Shown here: piece after piece, positions 23,590 through 36,950 of the stretch
Layout: the number at the start of each line of letters is the position of its first letter
Position numbering within the stretch: the stretch's first letter is position 1
Assembly: GCF_036321535.1 (NCBI RefSeq)
Contig: NC_087462.1
Span: 11,780,001-11,844,000, forward strand
From: Camelus dromedarius
Lineage: Eukaryota
Length of the DNA: 64,000 nt
Reading direction: 5' to 3'
The notes under the pieces: model-generated
Seen by the model: only the letters and a program-made list of their open reading frames with translations
What the model was told of the DNA's origin: nothing
Databases searched by the model: none
Program-made: the position numbers and the translations under genes

Positions 23590-24599
23590 CACATTCTAGT
23601 AAGACTAAAAGGTGATTTAATACTTTTATCCTCATTTTATAGATGAGCAAACTAAAGCAGGGCAGGTGACTTGCCAGGGTTGAGTAAGCTGGCATATGGC
23701 AGAAGAGACAATAAAACCTATTTTATGTTTGGTTGACAGGATTCTTTCTAAATATTGATGTAGTTCTCTCTCAAGACTAATTTATTTTTTGGTGAGCAGG
23801 AGATATTTTTTTTTTTTTTTCACCCTGCCTGTTATCACTCAAAACCAAGAACTTAATGGTAAGTTAAAGGAAAAAAAAAATGGGGCAGTAAACCTAGTTA
23901 AGAGTCCCTGCTTATCTGGGACTTTCTTATCTTAAATGCAGGGTTTTCAGCAATGTTATTTCTGAACCCAGCATGCCTGGTTTCAGGGAGGCCTTGTGAT
24001 TTGGAATAATTTTATAATATTACCATAGCAACTTATGTGATTGTGCAGATACTGAGAATGGAAATCCTCAACAAAATTGTTACAAAGGAATTTTTTAAAA
24101 ACACATATACAGTTAGAATTAAATGAAAACAGAATTGTGGTTTTGGGGGGTGATGGTGCAGAAATTGTTAAAAATGAATCTTATTTTATTTTTTTAAATA
24201 TGAGAAATTCTGTTAGGAAAATTGAATGCAATATGACAGTGCAATATGACAGATGTTAAAAAAAAATCCTGAAGAAAGTAGTGCTTGCTTAGTGATGTAT
24301 GGCAGAGGGTGAAGGAAGAATTTGCACATTAGAAACAGGTTAAAAATGTACTGAATAGGTATAGCTGGTGAGTATTTCAGAGGATTGATGATAATCATCA
24401 ATAATATGACTGTAGGATCATTCCTGTTTCTAGCCAAATGTGCCCAATCTGGGAGCTGCAAAGCTAGGGAATTAAAGATTATTAAAATGGAAAATTTCTT
24501 AGAGGCTATTTATGATGTTTGACTCACCCTTGCGAATCTTCCACTAAATGATATGCCAATAATATACAGTGGTGGATAAAGGCTATTTTGTCTAGTTTC

Positions 24600-24930
24600 T
24601 CTTCCTCCTTCAAATGGTCTATGGTTTTCTTTGGGAAGCCACCCTCCCCCATCCCCTCCTGACCCTCATCACCTCCCTGACCAACTAGTATGTTCTAGTC
24701 CCTCCTTGAAACCCCACCATCACTCCTTATTGTTTAGGTGGGCCTGTTTTTCCACATAGCACTCATCACTCTGTATGGTATTATATACTGATCGACTGGC
24801 TGTCTCTACCCCTAGAACTTCATGAAGGCAGAACCAAGCCTATTCTGTGACTGTATATCCAGCATTCAGCATAGTGCCTGACCCAGAGTGGGCATTCAAC
24901 AAATATATTTGAACAAATCAGTGAATACAC
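24600..24930 (+). mobile_element. L2 LINE 3' end
   Basis: CTTCATGAAGGCAGAACC...CAGCATAGTGCCTGACCCAGAGTGGGCATTCAACAAATAT. Confidence 0.75.
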
Positions 24931-26224
24931 GAATGAAAGAAAGCAGCCAAATTCCTGACACAACTTCTGAGCGTAAGAACCCAGCAGTGCAGGATATGGT
25001 CTTCTTGCCCAACTTTTCAGTACAAGAACCAAAAATTCCTCTTTCTCTCTCATTCATATTTGAGCTCTACTTTTAATAAGGTTAGTCTGAAGCCAGGCAT
25101 GATGGGAGTATTTATACTATGGAAATCATCAAACTCAACAAATCAGGAATTTTTTTTTTTTTTTACCCTCCCTGGAGAGTTAAACATTTAACAGCACACA
25201 GCCGCATGTCTACAGCTAGTCTTTGTACAGCTTCAGTAATGGGGCTCTTCCTGACCTCTGAAACAAAACACCCCATGTGGGACAGCCATCACCATTGCAA
25301 GTGCTCAGGTATAGCGCAGCTTCTGAAACCTTCCTCCTGGGGCATTTCGCTCTCTAGTTCTCGTTCTGCTTTCTGCACCAACACAGAGCTAGTCTAATCA
25401 CTCGTCTATGTGATTAACCCCCAGTACTTGAATAAAACTCTGTACAACATACCCTCTCTTACTCTTCATCCCCATGTGTTTCCAGGCTAAATATCCTAAA
25501 AATGTCTCCCCTTTCCCCCCTCTTATTGGCCAACCCTATGGTTTAAATAAAACACTATTATTTTAATATATACTGAAACATTTTACACATGGTAGGAACT
25601 CAACTGATGTTCGATGTGAATTTATAAAAAATTCTGAGAGGCAAATCACCTTGATTATAAAATTCTTAAAATGTCACTATGGATGTATATTCAGAACTTC
25701 TACATATAAATGCATACTCAGGTCAAAATAGGTTTCTTCAGTATTTAATTTCAGAAAGATTAAGGTAGACATCTCTCATGATATGCCTCCTTACAGTTGG
25801 TGATGTCAAATATTTTCATAACACACAAGGAAACTGAGGCCGAGTTGTGAGAAGACTTGACCACGGGTATTAGCAAAATAAGATCTCCCAACTCAAATCC
25901 CAGCCATTCCCCCACCCCCGCCATTAACTCCTAGAATCATCTCTTAAGAAATACCACTTTTGTCTTAAAATGTCTGTTCCTTTATGTTATTTAATTAGTA
26001 TTTACCATCTGTTAGGTCTCACCCAGGCACTGGATGGATAATCTCAATTAGGGTCTTGAGCTACCCTGGGTCTTATTTGCTCCACTGCCGAACCTAGATA
26101 ATATTATTCTATCAGCCCAAAGACTAGTCATCATTTAAGAACTTTTTCTCACTTTCCTATTAAGAGTTATGATGTCTAGCCAAAAAAAAAAAAATCATTG
26201 GTTTTTACTTTGTGATTTCTAAGT

Positions 26225-27130
26225 GCTCATTCAATCAACAAATGTGTATTGGGGTTATTTTATTAGACAGATCATCTTCTGGGTTCCGAAGGTATAAGGA
26301 TAAGCAAGATGAAGAAGTCTCTGATCTCATGGAGCTCATATGTTAGTGAAGAGTGGGGAGGAGGCAGACAATGAAAAAAACAAAAGCACAGAACTATGGA
26401 TAGAGATGAGCTGACTATAAAAAAAAGGAAACAGGATTATGTGGTAGGGATGACTCCATGGGGGAGGCGCCTGATTGGCTATGGAAAATCTCTCTAAAGA
26501 GGAGACTTTTGAACTGAGGCTTCAGTGATGTTAAGAAGAGAGGCATGCATAGTCCTGGAAGGAGCATTTAGAGCAGAGGGAACAGTGATGGTGAAGACCC
26601 TCGGCAGGAATGAGATTGGATTTTCTAAGGAAAAGAAAGAAGTTTAATGTGGTTCTAAGGTACAAACGGATGTCAGAGAGGAAGTCATGAGCCAGATCAT
26701 GACCTTGGTGAACAATAATAAAATTGTATTCTAAGAGCTATGGGATGTCATTGGGTAGTTTTAAGTAGTAGAGTAACATAATATGATATATATTTAAAAT
26801 ACATCACTCTGCTGGGTAAAATATAGATTGCTGGTATCAAGCATGGAAACAGGGAGACCAACTGGAAATGGTTCAAAAAAGACAGGTAGCATGGCGCCGT
26901 TAGTAGAGCTGGCTATATTTTGAAGGGTATATTCTGAAAATTGAGCCAATTGGATTTGAGGGTGGATTGGATGAAAGTGTTGAGAAAAATAGAGAAGTCA
27001 AAAATCAGCTCTTGGTTAAGGATTTGTTCAACATTTACCAAGATGAGAAAGCACAGGGTGGAACTGACTGGAAAAGGTCTTCAGTGTCATTGAAATGGGA
27101 CAGCAAGACCTTTAAGATAGTTGTAGTCAA
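26225..27130 (-). mobile_element. L2 LINE, antisense
   Basis: CATTCAATCAACAAATGTGTATTG, CTCATGGAGCTCAT, TTTGAACTGAGGC, GGAAACAGGGAGACCA. Confidence 0.8.
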
Positions 27131-29984
27131 GGCAAAAGAGCAATTCATTTGGCATTAGAAGAACAGATTCCCACCCCTGCGTCTCTTGCTGACCACGTGA
27201 GTGGTCCCAGGCATTCATTCTCCTTACACACGCCCTCCAAAAGATTCTTAAATTTATCATTCCTTATGTGAGTGCCGTAGTCTACATTGTTTCTAAGTTT
27301 CTTCCCAGCTCTTCTGTTCTCTGATTCATAGCAACACCTGCTTCTCCACAGCCCAACACTCACAGGCCTGCCTTCCCACAAGAAGAGGAGTCCTTGTTCC
27401 CCAAACCAGAGCTGGGTCTTCTATTTCTTGTCCCCTCACTTTAGCAAAATTATTTTGCATTTTCCTGCCTTTGCTGGTTAACAGACTAAAAGACAGCTTT
27501 TATGCATTAATTTTATATCTTTTCAAGCTGCTTAAGTCCGTCTCTTTAAAACACAAACTTGAAATAACTTGTGTTTTTAAACATTTTTTTTCCAAGTTGG
27601 GGCTCACAACTGGAGAGGTGTGTTAGGAGTCTGTATACACATATGAGGGAGTCACAGCTACTTCTTATCCTAGATCCCTCTCTACTGAAGAGTCTTTTCT
27701 TGGGGGTCACATGCATCCAAATGAAAGACATCCCAGCAATGGTGCAGGTAGCCATTTATAAAGAAGAAAGAGGGTACAAGTAAACAAAGTAAGAAAGATT
27801 AATGTGCCCGCCTTTAGGAATAACGTGCTGCCTGCCTGAAAACGAACCAAGTACTGTTGCCTTCAATAATGCTTCCATTAATCAAAACCTTGAAGTAACT
27901 GCATAATGAGGCAAAGAAGTTAATGGGTATTAGCATACTGCTGTACTTTCTTCTTTGCTGGCACGAATTAGAGAACTCAGGGTCTGCACCCTTCTCTGTT
28001 GCAAAGTATTATAGTTGGGGAGAAAGAAACGGACCCAAAGAGGGTCTTGAAAACCCCTCCCCAGCATTGAGAGCTGCTCCAAAGATAAGCGTTTCTCAGT
28101 TAGGACATGGAGAGAACTTCGCACACTCTACACTCGTTTTGGGGGTTTACAAAACATATTACAAAGTCTCACGGGAAATAAATCCGTGAACGTTTATTGA
28201 ATTCAAAGTTTCTCAAATTACTTTGCTCAGATTATAACAATCTCTCTCTCTCTCTTTTTTTTTTTTATCACAGAGTCTCTACAGTTTAAATTACTTAATT
28301 ACTAGAATCATCCAACTTGGGCTCCACAAGGCTCTCTAGCATGGCTTTTATGCTGTCTTTACCAGGGCACAGTGCCTGGTGCAGAATTTGTGCCAAGTTG
28401 GCCTCAAAAATATTAACTCAATTTGAATTCCATTTAGTCTAATATTCTGCCTGTTGGTGATGTGCACTGTCCATCTCAGTTTCAGTCAAAGTATGAAGCT
28501 ATTTTCCAAAAGCTGAGCTGATTCCCATTTGGAGTCTGTCTTTTAGAACATGTTTTGAACTTACTTAGAGGCTCATCTTTAAAAATTTTCCATATATTCT
28601 ATTCCCAGTTTGAAACCCAGAATGAACGTTTACTTCTTTAGAATCTACTGCTTTTCAACTTCGTGATATTCTTTCTGGTCTTAATTGTTACAAAGTTTTT
28701 ATTTGGTTTAGAATAAAACCTGGCATTTAAAAATTTCTGGCTATTTTCCTTAAAGATGGCAAATCCTCTTGGAGCAGTTTTCCTTGTCCTGGAAAGACTC
28801 TGACTGGCTCCTAGAAGGTGAGGGCTCAGTGGAGAGGTCCACAGTCCTCACGAGAACTGTGTGGCATGAGCGGAACTGGGGCAGAAACTGGTTGATTTCT
28901 TTGGCTTCTAATGAGACTTTTGGAAGGAAAGGGATGGAAACCAACCAACTTCTTCCTTTCAGAGAAGTAATCAGAAATTCACTGATAAATTAAAACGACT
29001 CCAAAAAAGATTTTCTATCAAGGGACCTCAGAAGGGAATTTATCACAAGGAAAGGGATCTAATGTAGGGAGGAACTAGGTAGTCACGACGGGACAGCTAG
29101 CTTGGGCAGAGAGTAGGTAGCCTTCTAGACTAGTGTTCTAGTGCTTATGGCAGGGTTAGGGACACAGCCTGAACTGGTGAGTGTGACATGGAGGGCTCAC
29201 ACGAGGCGGGAACCTGCAGGAACATAAGCATCGCACAGAATCCAGGCATATTATGCTGTGACGGGCTGTGTGGCAGGAACAGAAGCACCTGCGAGTCAAA
29301 ACCTGGGATCTTTTAGCAGAAAAGTAACCTTCTCTAATTCTTTCTGTCTGAGAATGAACTGGTCCATTTGGCTGAGGTAAGCCCCTAGGGACCTGTCAAT
29401 GTGAAGCAACTGATTGGAGTGATCAATAAGCTTTTAACAAGTCATGGGACTTTATTTTGGATTCATTCATCTTCTGTTTCCAGAGTTATCCTTATAGCTT
29501 CAGAATTCTGACCACTTGGCTCTTATACTCATTGACCCTATCCTCTTCGTTAAATTATTTAAATTAAACACTTAAGCATCATATTTCCTATAAAAAGGAT
29601 GTTTGTCTTTTATTTTCAGGAGGAGGGATGCTTGCTGAGAAAATGTGAGAAAGCACAAAGATGAGGATAAACTTTTTATTGAAAAGTTTCCTTATTGGTA
29701 AAAAAAAAAAAAAAATCGGGAAAATCTCCAAATTCTTCTCTGGATTACTTAATACAAAAGCTTTTTTTTTTTTTATTTACCAAAGGAATAATCTATCTTT
29801 TCCATTTTCTCTACTATGTAGCAAAAATTTATTTATATGTTAGGTATTCAAAAGGTACCTGCTGGTTGATAAGAGGGGCAGGAAATTTGACAGTAACAGG
29901 ATGATGCTCACAGAGAAAGCAAAGACAAGCCAATCAAAGCAGGATGGGTAATAGAATGGAGGAACATACACCCAGTTTTAGTCT

Positions 29985-30140
29985 ATGCCAGGTGCTATGC
30001 TAACTGTTTTTCATGAATCTATTCAGGAACTCACACAATAAAGCTATGAGAAAGTACTATTATCCCCATTGAGCACACTGGTGAGGTCAGATGGCTCCAA
30101 ATAACAGAACTGGGAATTTGGACACAGGACCATTTAAGTC
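29985..30140 (-). mobile_element. MIR SINE
   Basis: CCAGGTGCTATGCTAA...TACTATTATCCCCATT. Confidence 0.65.
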
Positions 30141-30198
30141 CAGAACTCAAGCTTTATAGTGAATGTATGATATTCACCTAATACCTTCATACAATGCC

Positions 30199-30768
30199 TG
30201 TTATTGAGGTGGGAAGCCCCATAAAAAGACCAGCAGGACCCCCAAGCAGGGCCACTACTCTCCTGCCAGCACCATCCGGTTCCCTGGCCCAGATGCTCTA
30301 TCTCACTTTTTGCCTCTGAAAAAGCTTACCCACCCCTAAAATTCTATTGGTTCCCTGAGCTCATTTCTGATTGGTTATTTCCTTCACTCCTGATTGGTTA
30401 TTACTCTCACTCCTGATTGGTCCATTTCCCTCACTCCTGATTGGTTATTTCTCTCCCTCCTGATTGGTCTGTTTCTACAAAGCTTGTTCCTAGTTGGTCA
30501 ACTTTTGTTATACTTTATTTGCATATGATGTTGCAAAGTGTAAACTGGCAGGCTATAAAGGCCTGTGTAAACCTACAGACAGGGTCCAGAGCTTGGAGTG
30601 TTAAGTCCTCTGGGCCTGCTGGCATAATAAACCTGAGTTCTCCAACTAAACCTGAGTTCTCCAACTCTCCGAGTGCTGCTTGGTCTCTCACATGGATCCA
30701 GGTTGCTGTCACAACTGAGCTGTAACACCGAGCTATAACACAGAGCTGTAACACATTTTTCCACAACA
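30199..30768 (+). mobile_element. Solo ERV LTR with LTR12/ERV9-like architecture
   Basis: TGTTATTG...CCACAACA imperfect terminal inverted repeat; tandem CCAAT units, TATAAA 30554-30559, AATAAA 30626-30631, U5 GAGCTGTAACAC repeats; no PBS after it; TSD not resolved (alternative boundaries 30195-30765 with ACAA TSD). Confidence 0.85.
30344..30559 (+). promoter_or_regulatory. LTR U3 promoter: six CCAAT (NF-Y) boxes, octamer, TATA
   Basis: ATTGG at 30346, 30370, 30393, 30416, 30440, 30463; ATTTGCAT 30517-30524; TATAAA 30554-30559. Confidence 0.65.
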
Positions 30769-31469
30769 ATTTCAACAGTTGAGATTATCCCTATCTACAA
30801 AATGAAGTGTCTAAATAAAAATGCCTTTAGAAGTATGTATTTGTATATGGATATAGAGATATAAACAGTGTCATAGTTTTTAATCAAATGATCAAGTTTA
30901 TAGGATCAACAATAAGTTGCCCTGTCCTCTTTCTTCCCTCTCCCATGACTCTGGAATGTAGCTCTCCTGCTCATTCTCCAACCATGATGGTATGTGATGC
31001 AGATTTTCCATATTACTCTCTAAGGTATGAGCAGAAAAAAAGCACAAATTCCTAGCCTAGTGAATCAGTATTATTTGAAGATGGCTTTCCCTTTTCAAAA
31101 ATGTTAGTATATATTCTAAGGGGAAAACATTCATCTTGTCCTCCAAAGGCTACCACAATTTAGCAGACTGTCCTAAGACCATGATGAATCTAGCTCCTGG
31201 ACACCTCAGGTAAGTCATTCAGACATTTGGAGCCTCACTCTCCCCTTCTGTGTCATGATGGCTGAAACCAAATTCTGAAATGCCATCTAGTGCTGAAATG
31301 TTGAAGACTTAGGTTAAGCATAATATGACCTAAAGGATTTATATTTAGTCTCCATTTGGACCAGTTTCCCTGCTATTACCAAATGATAATGTCTCATTGA
31401 AGATGCAGTGCTTGGTTACTAGAAACGTGTTGATTTCCATTTAATTCCATCCTTGTCGGAGGACATGCT

Positions 31470-32065
31470 TTGTACAATTTCAATTTTTAAAAATTTGTTG
31501 AGATTTGTTTTATGGTCCAGAATATGGTCTATGTGCACTTGAGAAGACTGTGTGTGAGTATTAGGCAGAGTGTTCTATAAATGTCAATTCAGTCAAATTG
31601 GTTGATGGTGTTGTTCAGGTCTCCCATGTTTTATTGATTTTTCTGCCCACTGATTCTATCAATTACTGAGAAAGGATCACTGAAGTCTCCAGTTATACTT
31701 GTGGTTTGTCTATTTCTCCTTTCAGTTTTATCAGTTTTTACTTCATGTGTTTTGAAGCTCTGTTGTCAGGCCTATAACATTTGGGACAGTTGTGAGTTCT
31801 TGATGGATTGACCTCTTTATGTAATTACATCTTTACGATGCCTTCTTTTTTTCTGGTAATATTTTTTTTTGTTCTGAAGTCTACTTTTTTGATATCAAAC
31901 TAGTCATTTCAGATTTGTTTTGATTAGTGTTTTCACGATATATTTTTCCCATCCTTTTATTTTTAATCAGAAGTCTTTACAATTAAATCATGTTTCTTGT
32001 AGACAGTATATAGTTGGGTCTTGCTTTTTTATCCAATTAACAATATCTATCTCTTAACTGCTGTT
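31470..32065 (-). mobile_element. L1 ORF2 endonuclease-region fragment, antisense
   Basis: TTGTTGAGATTTGTTTTATGGTCCAGAATATGGTC, TCTATCAATTACTGAGAAAGG, TAGACAGTATATAGTTGGGTCTTG. Confidence 0.9.
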
Positions 32066-32379
32066 GGAATTCTAACTCATCACTGTGGCCCCCACGGTCC
32101 TTAGTGCAGGGCCTTGAAACTAGACAGGCTTTACACATGTGCTTGTCACTCAATCTCCTCTAATTTTCAGAAATTTTGAGTGAGGATACTCCACTTTTCA
32201 CTATTTGACTTACGAGAACAAAACAAGACATCTGAGAATGCCAGGCATAGCCTAGTCCTGCCTGGACACTTCAGTTGTTGCTATAAATGTGAGGGATCCA
32301 TAGGGCACTCAAAGAGTTAATCATCTCCCACTGCGTGACTCCCCAGTCTGTCCCACCACCGAAGTGTGCTCCTCTTCCT

Positions 32380-32770
32380 CCTTCAATATTTCCTCAAAGT
32401 AAAAGGCATCATCAGCTACTCTGTTATCAAGACAGTAGCCCCCACATAATCTTTGTTTCCTACATTCCTCCCCTCCACCCAACCCATTCAATCTAGCACC
32501 AAGCCATGTTGATTCTAGCTTCCAGGTAACTCTTGAATTTTATCTTCACCTCTCTTACTCTCACCTAAGTCCAGGCCACTGTGACATATTGTCTCAACAT
32601 GTGCGATTATCTTCCCAGCCAGTCTCCCTGCCTCCAGAGTTCACTCTCACTAATATTCCCCACATATCAGAGATAAAATGATCTTTCTAATATGCCAATC
32701 TGATCCTGTTACTTAGCTGCTTAAAACTTTTCAGTGCCTCCCCAGTGATTCTGAAAAAAAGGGGCAAACT
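32380..32770 (+). mobile_element. L2 LINE fragment
   Basis: ATGATCTTTCTAATATGCCAATCTGATCCTGTTAC...CTTAAAACTTTTCAGTGCCTCCC; continues at about 33300-33630 after the MLT1 insertion. Confidence 0.7.
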
Positions 32771-32782
32771 CCTTTAAGAAGC

Positions 32783-33290
32783 GTTCTAGTTGCTACTGCT
32801 ACATAACAAACCATTCAAGGCTAGAATTTCAGATAGAGTGTGGTGGGGGTAGCTTGTCTCTGCTCCATAGCATCTGGGATCTCATTTGTGAATACTTGCA
32901 GATGGGGACTAACCTGACAGCTAAGGGCAGGTATCACCTAGAGGAGAATGCACTTACATGTCTGGTGGCTAATGTTAGCTGCTGGAGGGACACAGCCAAC
33001 TGTTTTTGCAGATCCTCATATGTGTCCCCTCTTGGTGTTATTTTTGTGTGGACTAGTTAGGACTGCCTCACTGCATGACAACTGAGTTCCAAAAGCAAAT
33101 GTCCTCAGAGATTAAGACAGAAGTAATGACAGTATGTAAAATAGTCTCAGAAATCAAAATGTCCACCAAGATTCAAGGGGAGAGGCCAGAGATTCCACCA
33201 TTTGATGGAAGAAATATGGGAAAGTCACATTTTAGAAGAGCATGTGGGATGGGAGATGCTGTAATCATCTTTTGAGAATATAATCTGCCA
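32783..33290 (-). mobile_element. MLT1 (F/G/H-like) LTR, antisense
   Basis: CTAGTTGCTACTGCTACATAACAAACC, GTAGCTTGTCTCTGCTCCA, AAGATTCAAGGGGAG...CCACCATTTGATGG, AATCTGCCACA. Confidence 0.8.
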
Positions 33291-35709
33291 CAATTTACTG
33301 AAGGCTTTTTATGATTTAGTCCCTGCTTACATCTCAATGGCATTGCCCACATGTGTCTTGAACTCTGTTCTCTAGACATACCAACCTCTTTCCCCTAAAT
33401 CTGCCACATTTACTTGCTTTTGATTCTGTTCACAAGGCTACCCCTTTCTCTGCAATACTTTCCTACCACACCCTCCCATCCTCCTCACCTTTCCTAGCTA
33501 ACTTCCTCCTAGACATTTTTCCTTACTGCTGACCTCTCCTCCAAATCTGAGGGTGCCTCCCTTATCATCTCCAGATAACCGACCATAGTACCTGATATAT
33601 GATCAAAAAATATTTGTTGAATAAATGGATATATCTCCCAAATTAGGGACTTATTAACATCCATCTCAATAAGGTACCCCCTAAGATTAGTACAGTGCTG
33701 ACTCTTAGTAGGTTTGCAAAAACATTTGTGGAAAGAATAACGTGGTGTGTTTTCTTGGTGATCTACAGAGAACTGTTTTTCTAAGCCAAGCTCTTCGAAG
33801 ATGGGTTCATGCTGAGCCAGTGCTTTATCAACTACTGCTAACAGAACTCTGCAGAGCTAAGTCATGAGTCTTTTATGTTAGCTCCCAAAGCCTCTTCCAA
33901 GTTAATTCTTTCCACTTCTCACTCAAATCAACATGGTCTACGTTCAAAGGAAAGAAGCTAAATTGTCACATAAGAACTTATCAAGCAAAGAGCATCCTAA
34001 AATTGCTGCCAGAATCTCCAGTGGGGATTGAAAGGAAGAAAGTATGCAGATTTTCCTCTCTTAAGATGGGTAACAGGGCTACTTGAGCTTCTTCGTCTGC
34101 CTCTAAACATCACTATGGTAACTGACAGGTAATTAGCTGTTTATCCCACATACACACACGTGTGCCCACCCAGTTTCAAGCTGGAGTCCTTTTGTTGCAA
34201 CAGCCCATAAGCATAAGGATAGGAAATCATTCTGCAGAATGCACTTAAAATTACATTTTTGGAAAACTGTCTCATTGTGAAGCTTCTGGGGAAACAAAAT
34301 ATGTATGTTATGGACAAGCATTACTAAAAATGATCCTCTTTTCATTGTCACCTTTCACACTCTTAAAAATAGAATTTGGGTTTAGACATCCACCTTAAAT
34401 TTTGAGCTAAGAAACTGACATAAAAGATGGCAAACCAAAGAGATGAAGGTAATAATAGCAACACTAACAGTGAACTCACCTGTTAAATGCAAACAAACCA
34501 CATTTCCTTCCAGCTAGAGGTCAAAACGACTAATTATCTTTCTATTCTCTAACATGCTCCATAGTGCTAACCGGAAAAAGGAACAGACAAGGTGGATACT
34601 AAAAGAGAGCAAATTGCTTATTTTGGTCCTAATCTGTGTAATTTGATGAGAAGACTGCTGAAGCCTATTGTGCATTTTATTCACATAATTTCTGAACATA
34701 CTTGTATATAATAACCTTCCACCCATATGTAATTACATCCTATTTATGCATAATCAAAAGAGGCAGTTGGAAGAAAAACAAGTTCGTAATAAGATCTGCA
34801 ATGGAGATTAAGAAGGGCCTAATTAATATTTTTAAGGAGGAATACATTCTTTCTCAATGCACACTTTGTAATTAAGTCATTTAAGTTTCTTGAATCACAA
34901 CTTTATTTTTAAGGAAAAAAAACCTTTGAAGCAATTATCAGAGTATTTTGTCTTGCTTGAAGGAGCAAGGCAGCAGATGTGTCTAGCACATGTAGACAGA
35001 ACCTCAGCTGGCCCAATATTTATTAAATGATAACACATACCATAGATCAGATGAGTCGAAAGAGCAGATTTCAGACACTGTGCTAATGTGTCTCCCAGCA
35101 AGGGGCCTGTGCTCCTTGATCACGTCTCTCCAGGAAGCCAAGTCTGGTGTCATACATTAGCAAGGAGTGAGTGTGAAGAAGGCAAGCCAACGAGACAGAG
35201 GCAGGAAAGCTACTTTGTAAAACTCTTGAAAAGAGTCATTGGTTGGAAATCTCAATGTATAATGTGCCTCTTGATAAACTCCAGCATCCTGGGTTATGAT
35301 AGTTTTTCAGAAGCATATTTAACAGGAAAGAAGCAGGAGGTGTGACTTCCTCCTCCTCCTGAGTGTGGCACTTGAGAATTATCTTGGTGGTTAAAATGAG
35401 AAACAAGGGCTATCACTTCCCCTTCCACTACTTGATTCCAGATTTCCCAGTCCCAGCCGTTGCCTCCAAGGAGATGAGACAGCTCATTTAGGCTTCCGAG
35501 ACTCAAACATCATTGGGGAGGGGAGATAATAGGCACCTGCAGCAGCTCTTGTGGCTTGGAGTTTGGTAGGAAGAGGACGGGGACGGACGGACAGATGAAC
35601 AGAGAGACAGACACACAAACACACACACACTCTATTAAACTGACCCTGACACAACTCTTATTAGGAAGAGCAGATACAACATGACTCAGCACCATTTCCC
35701 TTTGGCCCC

Positions 35710-36097
35710 TGCTATGGACTGAACTGTGTTCCCCACCAAATTCATATGTCAAAGCCCTAACTGCACCATGTGACCCTGCTGTATTTGGAGACAGGGCCTA
35801 TAAGGAGGTATTCAAGGTTAAATGAAGTCACAGGGGTGGGTCCCTGACCTAACCGGATTAGTGTGTTTATAAGAAGAGACGTCAGAGAGCTTGCCCACAC
35901 ACCGATGAAAGGTCATGTGAGCACACAGGGAGCAGGCGGCCATCTACAGGTCAGGAAGAGGGCTCTCATTAGAAACTGAGTCAGCTGACACCTTAATCGT
36001 GGGCTAACCAGCTTCCAGAACTGTAAGAAATAAATTTCTGTTGTTTAAGTCGCCCAGTCTGAGGTACTTTGTTATAGGAGCCAAGCAAACTAAGACA
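35710..36097 (+). mobile_element. MLT1A-type solo LTR, full length
   Basis: TGCTATGGACTGAACTGTGTTCCCC...TAAGAAATAAATTTCTGTTGTTTAAG...AAACTAAGACA; degenerate 5-bp TSD GCCCC/GCCTT. Confidence 0.92.
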
Positions 36098-36950
36098 GCC
36101 TTGAAGACATCTGCTGGAGCCATGCTGACAATGTCACCGTCCCTGCATACGGGGTCTTGCTGGATCCGAGAGCACCAGCCTTCCACATCACAGCCCTTCT
36201 ATACTTAGGCTTCCAACAACAGCACTTCTGATTTAAGGAGGATTTACACACATACCACCCTCCCTGTTTTGAGCATCAGTGCAATGCTCGACTGCAGTGG
36301 GTCTAGGCAGGAGGACAGCAGACAAGCAGAGTCAACGCCCCAGATCCCTAAAGAACATCTCCACCCCCAGCTTTTCACCTCCAGGAAAACCCATTTCCTT
36401 GTACTGCTTTTTCCTCAGGATAGTTCATCACTCTCCATTGACCATGATAGCTAAAACAAAGATTCTTTCTTATCTTTATCATAATTCTCCCAACACAGTG
36501 TAGGGTTAGTAACCTCATTCTTCCAGATGAGGCATCTAAGAAGTACAGTCATTTGCTTAAGATCATGGGTCCAGATTTAGAATTTGAACCCACAGGTTTG
36601 GTCGACCTGAAAGCTCAAACCTGTGATTCTAATACAAAAAATTCATCCAACTGTCCTATGGAGTGGATGAAACTTTACATAATATCAGACTAACCTGATA
36701 AATCTAGGCACAAAGATTAGCTACTGGCTTAGTAGAGTACTCCTCACTGGCAATATTCTTAAATCTTAACAAACACCATTTAGCTATAGAGAGCTTCTCA
36801 AATTGAGAAGTGAGTTTTTGGCCTTTATTAGTTAGATGTATAAGAAAACTTTTCTGTAGGACAAAAGTGTTAAAAGTTAATGGTCATGTTTGTGGTTTCT
36901 CCAAACCATGGAAAAGGTCCAGAAGACAAAATTCAAAAGCTAATGCTTTA

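Noticed and set aside
29620-29697. 78-nt exon-like segment (TTTTCAG|G ... TTG|GTAAAA)
   Set aside because: Stops in all three frames and a weak donor; indistinguishable from a pseudo-exon without RNA data.
30344-30468. CRISPR-like repeat array
   Set aside because: Units are contiguous 23-24-bp tandem repeats without unique spacers, inside a mammalian LTR.
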